From NCBI GenBank assembly GCA_964550895.1, contig CAZKAP010000003.1, positions 49,082-113,081 of the forward strand: a stretch of DNA of 64,000 nt, given 5' to 3'. Source of the stretch: an uncultured Flavobacteriaceae bacterium. GTDB taxonomy: Bacteria > Bacteroidota > Bacteroidia > Flavobacteriales > Flavobacteriaceae. The translations under genes and the position numbers were made by a program. This document shows positions 10,840 to 17,488 of this stretch, piece by piece (within the stretch, counting starts at the first letter, position 1; the number at the start of each line of letters is the position of its first letter). The notes beneath the pieces were generated by a model, which saw nothing but the letters and a program-made list of their open reading frames with translations, did not search any database and was not told the origin of the DNA.

Positions 10840-11533
10840 GCGGTGTAACTCTTACCTGTTCGACCTTCTCGTCCTTTACAATCACCCCATCTTTGAGGTA
10901 AACGATTCGCTTACACATGTGGGCGATATCGTCCTCATGTGTGACGACCAGTATGGTGTTTCCCTCATCGTTGATCTTCTGGATCAGGGCCATAACCTCA
11001 TGGGATGTAGTGCTGTCCAGGGCCCCTGTGGGCTCATCGGCCAGTAGTACCTTAGGCTCAGATGCCATGGCACGGGCGATGGCCACGCGCTGCTTCTGTC
11101 CACCGGAAAGCTCGCCGGGAAGGTGCTTGGCCCATTCCCTAAGGCCCACCCTTTCCAGGTATCCCATCGCCTTGCGGTTGCGCTCCTTACGCGCCATCCC
11201 CTGATAATAGAGGGGCAATGCCACGTTCTCCAGCGCAGATTTATAATTGATCAGATTAAACGACTGGAAAACGAAGCCCAGAAACTTGTTGCGATACTCC
11301 GCCGCTTTGGTCTCGTCCAGATTTTTGATGGGAACTCCATCCAACTCGTAGATCCCGGAATCGGCGCTATCCAGTATGCCGATGATGTTTAACAGGGTCG
11401 ACTTTCCCGATCCGGAGGATCCCATAATGGCCACAAGTTCGCCCGATTCCACCGTAAAGTCGATACCCTTGAGAACATGCAGGGAATTCGAGCCCATTTG
11501 GTAGGATTTGTGCAGGTCTTTGATTGTAATCAT
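10832..11533 (-). CDS. ABC transporter ATP-binding protein (MacB/LolD-type)
   Basis: 233 aa. Walker A GSSGSGKST, signature LSGGQKQR, Walker B LLADEPTGALD. Overlaps the downstream permease by 8 nt. Confidence 0.9.
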   Translation of the reverse strand: MITIKDLHKSYQMGSNSLHVLKGIDFTVESGELVAIMGSSGSGKSTLLNIIGILDSADSGIYELDGVPIKNLDETKAAEYRNKFLGFVFQSFNLINYKSALENVALPLYYQGMARKERNRKAMGYLERVGLREWAKHLPGELSGGQKQRVAIARAMASEPKVLLADEPTGALDSTTSHEVMALIQKINDEGNTILVVTHEDDIAHMCKRIVYLKDGVIVKDEKVEQVRVTPHV

Positions 11534-11709
11534 CTGGCGCTTTATTTTGTTAAGGGGAACGTCCTTCCCATAAGACTCTCGAGCTACCGAGGTGTTACCT
11601 GAATTATCTTAATATTTTGTTAACACACACTAAAATTCAGGCTTCGACGGACGAACGGCTTATTTCTACCGACCAACTGCATATGCCCCTCCGATGTTCC
11701 GTTTCTTGT

Positions 11710-12186
11710 TTAACGGTTCTCGAGCGTACAGAGTACAAAGTTACCCGTCCATCTTCGAATACGTGTGTAATTTGAGTTAAATCGAAGTCGGCCTACTGCA
11801 GGATCCATAAGCCAACATCCGTTCCTTTCCGCTTCGTACCGGACCGCATAGTGTAGCGAATTCGATGGTCCGCCCAGGATCAGGATAACGGGCATAGTTA
11901 GACAAAGTCCCTCTAGTCCAGCTTGGACCGCCCGGGGGTCAACCCACATACTCCGGGTCTGCACGCCCCATTTCTCCAAAGCAGCTTCCAAATCGATGAG
12001 ACGGGTTCCCCCGGCTCCTGTACGGCAGGAGTTATACACCTCATCGTAGCCCACCTGTATACCGAAAAACCTGAAAACCGAAACCGCACAGGCGGGTCCG
12101 CAATCGGCGCGGGCCCTTTGTCGGACTTCCACGCCGAGACGGCGAAGATCATGAGGCCTTTGGAAATTGCCACCCCATCGAAACAA
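11710..12186 (-). CDS. stand-alone peptidase C39-like (double-glycine leader / bacteriocin-processing) cysteine protease domain
   Basis: 158 aa with a TTG start; there is no in-frame ATG before residue 80. C39 signature Q23-x5-C29 (VRQRARADCGPACAVSV), H112 (SLHYAVRY) and D128-P (LMDPAVG). No ABC transporter part is attached. Confidence 0.7.
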   Translation of the reverse strand: MFRWGGNFQRPHDLRRLGVEVRQRARADCGPACAVSVFRFFGIQVGYDEVYNSCRTGAGGTRLIDLEAALEKWGVQTRSMWVDPRAVQAGLEGLCLTMPVILILGGPSNSLHYAVRYEAERNGCWLMDPAVGRLRFNSNYTRIRRWTGNFVLCTLENR

Positions 12187-12200
12187 TTGAAACCTGTTTT

Positions 12201-12428
12201 CTATTTACCGTATAAAACGAAAAAGGAAGAAACCCTGCGGTAGAACATGTATTCGAGTACCCAGCGATAAAAGGGACGGGCTATGCGGTATCGGACGGTA
12301 TTGGAATCGATCAATCGGAAGAGATAAACGCTGACATAGCGATCCCTGAGCATTTTTCGGATTGAACGGTCCTGATACGCGGGAAGATAGGACTGTTCGA
12401 AGTCATAAAAAACTGAACCTAAACGCAT
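12201..12428 (-). CDS. hypothetical protein (possible gene remnant)
   Basis: 75 aa with an ATG start. Tyr/Arg/Phe-rich with no recognisable domain. Ends 15 nt upstream of the C39 gene. Confidence 0.25.
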   Translation of the reverse strand: MRLGSVFYDFEQSYLPAYQDRSIRKMLRDRYVSVYLFRLIDSNTVRYRIARPFYRWVLEYMFYRRVSSFFVLYGK

Positions 12429-12953
12429 TAATCGTAATTCTGCTTCATCCGCAACAGATCAAAGATATAACTCTTTAAACAAAACAAGTCTGAATACTCG
12501 ACGGGAGGCTAAGAAGTTATCCACCAAAGGAACCCATCTCCGGTGTATGCTTTTGTCTCGGTTCCGAGGGCAGCGGGTTAAGCAAAAGATTGGCCAGCAT
12601 AGCGCCGGCCAATCCCCATCAGTCATGATCACAGTCTATATGATAGAGCTTCCTGCCGTAATTGAAGCTCTTCACATACAGTTCAAGTATGGCTACGGTC
12701 CAGTTCGGACGGATAAATCCAGCGCGGATATCCATCCTTTCTTCCATGGAAAGCACTCGCATATGAACCCGGCTAGTGGTCACTTACTGATGATTCATAA
12801 ATGAACCCGGTCATGGTCCCTATAAGCACGGCATCTATGGCCAGCATGACCACCAATGGAATAACCGGCAATGGTCTCAGTTCGGATTGGGCAGTTGATA
12901 CAATCAATAGTCTACGGATTTATTCTTTTCCTACTCTTTTCAGGATTTTCGGC

Positions 12954-14192
12954 TTACTCCTTGGTCGAAGCGCTTCGGGATCCCGGGAAGCCAACGACTC
13001 TTCTAAAGTAATGTCCCGGACTGTAGATTTCATTCGCCCGCATCAGATACCTAATCAGGACGATGGACAAAAGGGCGAACGGGTACAGTCGGGGTAAAAG
13101 CGAAGCGATCGTATTCTCTGTATCGCCCGGATGAATCGCTGCCTGCAGCAGTAGAGTCATCACGCCGGAGTCATAACTTTGATATACAGCGTATAACAAT
13201 CCAACAAGAAATAATGAAACCGCCAGGTAATGCAGTAAACCGAGTAGCGCAAGTAGCCGTGAATTCCCTGGATGCAGCCATATACGAGGGTTTTTAAGCC
13301 TCCTCGCCAATTCGACCCTCGCCCGTTCATTCAGCCGGTCTACTCCGGTCAGATCCGTGAGTACCCAATAGCCATCTCCCCTGACTAATGGGTTCAGGTT
13401 CCAGAGCGACCGGAGCAGGATAAGGACCGCCGCCAATTTCCCGGAACCGAAGCCCCATAACTCCGAGGCTGTAAGGAGTGCCGCGCAAAAGGCCCATTCG
13501 AAATAAATCCCCGCCAGGTTAACGTGTACCCTCTTCCGCGGACTCAAACGCCAGGCATCCGTCACATCGGAAAACATCACCGGGAACACCAGATACAACC
13601 CGCCGCCTATAATACCGGGACGCCCACCGTAGTACAGGAGGGCCGAGGCATGTCCGAATTCGTGCAACAATACCGAGCAGGCCGTGATAAGGAGTTCTGC
13701 CGGCCAATTGAGTTCTTCCGGGTCGAGCTGAACCGGATGGGACATCCAAAGACTGACAGTCAGCCATAGCACGACCATCAGCACTGCCGGCCATGCATGC
13801 AGGAAGCTGAACAGCCGGCTCGCAGCCGCCACCCGCTGCCTATCCAGAAGGGTAAACCCCCAAAGGAGATAAGGTGGAATAGTCCCCTCGGGAGCCGGAG
13901 GCGGTTCGTCTAAGAAGAGCCCCTTGTTTCGGAAGCGGGAATCGTAAATACGAAGGACATCTTCCTCTTCAAGACGAGTGCCCAGCTCGGCATTCAGCGC
14001 CGGAGCGACCTGGTGAAGGGACCTGTTCGACCGGAGGAGTCTCAGGAAAAGATAGCCTGACAGGTTCGTTTTCAAATATGTGGATGCTCCTTCTTTCCAG
14101 ACCAGCCACTTTCCCGGTCCCACGGGCTTGAACCGTACGGCAGGGTCGAGCTGTAGCTTCGGTACCGATGCCTGTTTATCCGTATAAGGCAT
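12954..14192 (-). CDS. PqqD/RRE-like domain fused to M50 (site-2-protease-like) membrane zinc metalloprotease
   Basis: 412 aa. Residues ~11-96 follow the PqqD/RRE pattern (PKLQLDPAVRFKPV..KWLVWKEGASTYLKTNLSGYLFLRLL..RSLHQVAPALNAELG..EEDVLRIYDSRFRNKGLF). The multi-TM body carries HEFGH (13650-13664) and NLNPLVRGDG (13371-13400), i.e. HExxH plus NxxPxxxxDG. The ATG overlaps the upstream gene by 17 nt. Confidence 0.7.
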   Translation of the reverse strand: MPYTDKQASVPKLQLDPAVRFKPVGPGKWLVWKEGASTYLKTNLSGYLFLRLLRSNRSLHQVAPALNAELGTRLEEEDVLRIYDSRFRNKGLFLDEPPPAPEGTIPPYLLWGFTLLDRQRVAAASRLFSFLHAWPAVLMVVLWLTVSLWMSHPVQLDPEELNWPAELLITACSVLLHEFGHASALLYYGGRPGIIGGGLYLVFPVMFSDVTDAWRLSPRKRVHVNLAGIYFEWAFCAALLTASELWGFGSGKLAAVLILLRSLWNLNPLVRGDGYWVLTDLTGVDRLNERARVELARRLKNPRIWLHPGNSRLLALLGLLHYLAVSLFLVGLLYAVYQSYDSGVMTLLLQAAIHPGDTENTIASLLPRLYPFALLSIVLIRYLMRANEIYSPGHYFRRVVGFPGSRSASTKE

Positions 14193-16050
14193 CCAGCGCG
14201 TAAATCGTTGAAACGGCTCGGCTCCGAAAGGCCTGTCCGGGCCTGGGGGTTACAAATGGGACGGATTCCCAGGAACCATCCTCGCTTTGAGTTCGAAGCA
14301 GGAAATCCCTGGCATCCCGATAAAACGGATGATGCCCATAGCCAATATCCCGCATACAAAGGGACACAAGAGCCGTTGAGAGCGGGTCAGATTCGGCCCC
14401 GGGCTGCAATCCGAAGCCTCCATCCGGATTCCGGCCTTGGTTCAGGAATTCATCCCATCGCTGTAGGCAATCTCCTTTGAATTCCCCGAGTCTGTAGAGG
14501 TACCGGCCTACCTTGTAGGTTCCGTAGGGCCAGCCCACGTACCACCGGCTGGCCCAGGCCCCCGAGGGCAGTTGTGCATTCTTCAGATAGGCCAAGGATG
14601 CAGACCGGAGGGGCTCCAGCAATAGCGGGCGGTAATCCAGCAGGACATCGTACATATTGGCCACTACCTCGGGGTCCGGACCCATACCCCAGAGGCGGCT
14701 GTTCAATTCCCGCTGCCACTGGGAATTCCTTTGATCAGCACCACCCGTGATCCAGGTCAACATTACCCCTTTACTGTCCAGACCGCAGGATGCATGACGG
14801 CTCAATATTTCGTAGCAGTACCGGTCGATCAGATCGCGCCGGCCCATTCGAAGAAAAAAACGAATGACCTGCGACAAGTCGTCTATATCCGCTGAGAGGT
14901 TAGGCAGACTGGGAAAGTAGGACCACAGGCCGACGGCATGGTCTCGCCGCTGTCTCAGGTAATAGTCCACTTCCCGTTCCAGGTAGTTTCGCATATCGGC
15001 GGATGGGTTTTCCTGTCGGGCCAGGAAATCATCGGCCAGCAAGCGGTAAAAGAGGTCTGAACTATGTATACCCGAAACCCCCCGAAATCCTTCTCCTTCG
15101 GATACGTACATAAAGTGCCTGAGACCCGGCCAATTCCTCTTGCGCTCCTCGTTCAGGAATCCAAGGCCCCGCTGCCTGTGCAGGTCATGGTCAGGACTAA
15201 GTCGACCCGGTTTATCTGCCCCATCGGAAAGGGATACCCTCAATCGGCTGTGGGCCATTTGGACATATCCCAGGGCCTGCTTGTCGTAAAAACGCAATTC
15301 CCTAAGTACCTGTGCAACTGCCCCGCGCCACTGGCCATCACCTGGAATCAGTTGCAGTGCCTGTTCAAGTTGCCCGAACGCCCGCTCGAAAATCCAATGG
15401 GCGTGCCCCTTCAAATACATCGATTTCCTCGCAGCCTCCATCTCCTTTCGGGTCTCGGGCCAGCCGTGTTTGAGCGACCAGGTATACCATACCCAGTTGA
15501 ACCGTCTGGCCGTGAAATCCTCTTCGACATCGACCAGGTCGTCATAGAGCTGCAGGGCCACGGAGAAGCTGGAATGCGATTTCAGTAAGCTCAGGTATAT
15601 CGGCCTCACCGTCTCCCGGTCCTCTGTAAGCAGGAAGAGTCCGTCCAGGGCCAGTTTAGCCAACGCTGATTTGGCCTCGGCCAGTTTGCTGAAATCGTCG
15701 AATCCCAGTTGTTTACCCCCGGCAAATGACCTTTCCGTCCTGACGGCCCATGCCATTTCGGCCTCCCTGGAGGACCACTTTGCCCAGAAGGGGCTTTCCG
15801 GGCTGAAGAGGCCATTCAGTATCGACACGGACTGACGATATGCCCCTAGCAAGGGCAGTAGGGCATCCGGATCAGCCTCATCGACCAGCCGGTCCCATTG
15901 AAGTGCAGCCTGAAAGCACTCCCTGCCGGACGCATCGAGCCGGTTTACTAACGGTCTTTCCACCTGGGGAAAAAAGTCCCTGAACAGGCTCGCGTAGTTT
16001 TGGTAATACGCGTATAATCTATTCCTCAATGGATCTGCCGGATGTGCCAT
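14176..16050 (-). CDS. terpene-synthase-like fusion protein: class I isoprenoid-synthase-like N-domain + class II cyclase / prenyltransferase-repeat C-domain
   Basis: 624 aa. The N-terminal part has DRLVDEAD (15871-15894) and ALQLYDDLVDVEED (DDLVDVEED = 15517-15543), about 117 aa apart. The C-terminal part has SADIDDLSQV (DIDD = 14878-14889) and QW-type repeats AYLKNAQLPSGAW (14554-14592), NQGRNPDGGFG and RDFLLRTQSEDGSW (14269-14310). Confidence 0.65.
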   Translation of the reverse strand: MAHPADPLRNRLYAYYQNYASLFRDFFPQVERPLVNRLDASGRECFQAALQWDRLVDEADPDALLPLLGAYRQSVSILNGLFSPESPFWAKWSSREAEMAWAVRTERSFAGGKQLGFDDFSKLAEAKSALAKLALDGLFLLTEDRETVRPIYLSLLKSHSSFSVALQLYDDLVDVEEDFTARRFNWVWYTWSLKHGWPETRKEMEAARKSMYLKGHAHWIFERAFGQLEQALQLIPGDGQWRGAVAQVLRELRFYDKQALGYVQMAHSRLRVSLSDGADKPGRLSPDHDLHRQRGLGFLNEERKRNWPGLRHFMYVSEGEGFRGVSGIHSSDLFYRLLADDFLARQENPSADMRNYLEREVDYYLRQRRDHAVGLWSYFPSLPNLSADIDDLSQVIRFFLRMGRRDLIDRYCYEILSRHASCGLDSKGVMLTWITGGADQRNSQWQRELNSRLWGMGPDPEVVANMYDVLLDYRPLLLEPLRSASLAYLKNAQLPSGAWASRWYVGWPYGTYKVGRYLYRLGEFKGDCLQRWDEFLNQGRNPDGGFGLQPGAESDPLSTALVSLCMRDIGYGHHPFYRDARDFLLRTQSEDGSWESVPFVTPRPGQAFRSRAVSTIYALDALYG

Positions 16051-17152
16051 ATATGCCTGGTTTTGGATGATCCCCTATAAGAGCCCGACCCGGATTTTCC
16101 TTTCCCAGTTGGCGATGCCAGGGCACATTGGGGTCGAGTCCCGATTTCGAATACGACAGCCCGGTGTCGTTCCCGTGATTAAACAATTCAATCTCCATCC
16201 TGTACTTAAGGAAAGAACCGGAATCGTACACCTCGCCTTCCTCAATAAATCTTACCCGTCTCAGGCTGAACCATGGATCCTTGTAGTCGATCCAGAGCTC
16301 GGTGCACTGTCGACGGAGCCTTCGGCCATGTTGTCCTCCTCCCTTTTCGATATGGGATTCGGGCAGGTACTCATAGAATATGCGGTATGCTCCATCATTT
16401 TCCTCGGGATAGAGTAGTGATCCCGATATATACGAACGCTTGCTGTCCTCGTGGCGCACGCGGAATTCGCAGGTACGATGGCTTCCCGGGCCGGACCGCT
16501 CATGCCAGGACCAAATCCAGCCCGGCCGGAACAGGAAGCCCACGGTGGTATTCAGATAAAACAGTCTGGCAATGTCCCGGTTCGGAACGAACCCCCTGTC
16601 CCAGGGACTCGTCTGAGGCGAGTATTTCAGATAGTCCAGATTGTATCCGTAGATGCTGAATTGCCTGTGCCATTTTCGCCCAGGAGCAAACCGGGTTCGC
16701 AGTCGGCTCACGGCGAACTGGGCCTGAAGCTGACGTTTAGGCATTCCATCGACCCGGAATGCTTCCCGGTAGGTCAGTAGCTGTGGTCGGGATACCCGTT
16801 TGGCACGAATCAGCCGCTGGTAAATGCTTCTGGGATGGGTGGCCACCAGGTTGACTTCGTTCAATTCCAATCGCTTGGGCCACAGATAGACCGTATCCGT
16901 CTGATTGCGCTTCATGCGGTATGCGTCTATGGATTCGAAGCCGATATGGGAAATACGGAGCCGGGGATTAGGATCGGGTATCCGGCATTGGCCCTCCTTA
17001 TCTGAAAATCGTATCCTGCCGGTTTCCCTCTCGGTGATTGCCACATTCTCCAAAGGCCGCATGCGTTCTGCATCCATGACGATCAGGCCGTATCCCTGGG
17101 TCCAAGCCGTCGAAGGCAGCAAGACCATAAGCAAAACTCGTATCCATTTCAT
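16019..17152 (-). CDS. secreted carboxypeptidase-regulatory-like (CarboxypepD_reg) domain protein, function unknown
   Basis: Start moved to ATG 17152 (MKWIRVLLMVLLPSTAWTQ signal peptide). A CarboxypepD_reg-like segment follows (GLIVMDAERMRPLENVAI...DKEGQCRI...LRISHIGFES); the rest is unassigned. Overlaps the downstream gene by 32 nt. Confidence 0.55.
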   Translation of the reverse strand: MKWIRVLLMVLLPSTAWTQGYGLIVMDAERMRPLENVAITERETGRIRFSDKEGQCRIPDPNPRLRISHIGFESIDAYRMKRNQTDTVYLWPKRLELNEVNLVATHPRSIYQRLIRAKRVSRPQLLTYREAFRVDGMPKRQLQAQFAVSRLRTRFAPGRKWHRQFSIYGYNLDYLKYSPQTSPWDRGFVPNRDIARLFYLNTTVGFLFRPGWIWSWHERSGPGSHRTCEFRVRHEDSKRSYISGSLLYPEENDGAYRIFYEYLPESHIEKGGGQHGRRLRRQCTELWIDYKDPWFSLRRVRFIEEGEVYDSGSFLKYRMEIELFNHGNDTGLSYSKSGLDPNVPWHRQLGKENPGRALIGDHPKPGIYGTSGRSIEE

Positions 17153-17186
17153 AGAAAAAGAGTGGCCCGTTCCGGGCCACCCGCAA

Positions 17187-17336
17187 TTAAAATCGAACTT
17201 TGGCGGTGAGTTCGAGGTCACCGTTAGACGGTTCGTACTGAACACCTACGTCTCCGCCGCGGATCCAGCCCATCTCGAATCGCTGTTCGAGTTCCACCAC
17301 ATCAAAGAGGTCCATCAATTCATCGGATTCATGCAT
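17187..17336 (-). CDS. candidate precursor peptide with double-glycine (GG) leader, 49 aa
   Basis: Not in the ORF track because it is under 60 aa. Runs from ATG 17336 to TAA 17187-17189: MHESDELMDLFDVVELEQRFEMGWIRGG|DVGVQYEPSNGDLELTAKVRF. The leader end EMxxIRGG matches the double-glycine consensus at positions -1, -2, -4, -7, -8 and -15. It lies 34 nt upstream of the next gene on the same strand. Confidence 0.5.
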   Translation of the reverse strand: MHESDELMDLFDVVELEQRFEMGWIRGGDVGVQYEPSNGDLELTAKVRF

Positions 17337-17353
17337 CTGCTTACGTTTTTAGG

Positions 17354-17461
17354 TTAATTAGGAATTTTGGGTAGGATGGGAATGGACGGTATGCATCCCT
17401 GCCATTCGACTTCCTGAGGCTCTGTATCCCAGGGCCAGAGCTTTCTGATTTGCTTGAACAT
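17354..17461 (-). CDS. possible 35-aa Trp/Pro-rich small ORF (very uncertain)
   Basis: Runs from ATG 17461 to TAA 17354-17356: MFKQIRKLWPWDTEPQEVEWQGCIPSIPILPKIPN. Starts about 20 nt downstream of a TAGATTTG box and stops 17 nt before the GG-peptide ATG. There is no homology evidence. Confidence 0.15.
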   Translation of the reverse strand: MFKQIRKLWPWDTEPQEVEWQGCIPSIPILPKIPN

Positions 17462-17480
17462 AATAAGGCTTTGTTTTGGG

Positions 17481-17488
17481 CAAATCTA
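17481..17488 (-). promoter_or_regulatory. candidate Bacteroidetes sigma-A -7 promoter element (TAnnTTTG)
   Basis: The minus strand reads TAGATTTG, an exact match to TAnnTTTG, within the 175-nt gap between the wHTH gene and the peptide ORFs. I found no clear -33 TTG. Confidence 0.3.

Noticed and set aside
12517-12600. 27-aa ORF MLANLLLNPLPSEPRQKHTPEMGSFGG ending in EMG..GG followed by a stop. It could be a decayed second precursor leader.
   Set aside because: The spacing (EMGSFGG) does not fit the -8/-7/-4 register. No core follows, and there is no upstream leader-like helix. It is mentioned only as part of the degenerate spacer.
12547-13097. Two plus-strand ORFs (85 aa and 98 aa) in and next to the island spacer.
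   Set aside because: The second overlaps the 3' end of the M50 gene antisense. Neither shows a motif, signal or sensible composition.
14176-16050. Alternative reading of the 624-aa protein's C-terminal alpha/alpha barrel as a LanC-like lanthionine cyclase.
   Set aside because: The LanC zinc-ligand motifs (WCxG, CHG) are absent, and the predicted core peptide has no Cys, Ser-rich or Thr-rich pattern. The DxDD motif and QW repeats fit terpene cyclase or prenyltransferase repeats better.
17153-17245. N-terminal 31-aa extension of the 408-aa ORF (MFSTNRLTVTSNSPPKFDF...).
   Set aside because: The extension overlaps the 3' end of the 49-aa GG-peptide ORF in another frame. The internal ATG at 17152 gives a canonical signal peptide, so the shorter gene model is preferred.
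16905-17357. 150-aa plus-strand ORF covering the GG-peptide locus.
   Set aside because: It is antisense to both the signal-peptide region of the CarboxypepD_reg-like gene and the sORF, and it has no recognisable features.
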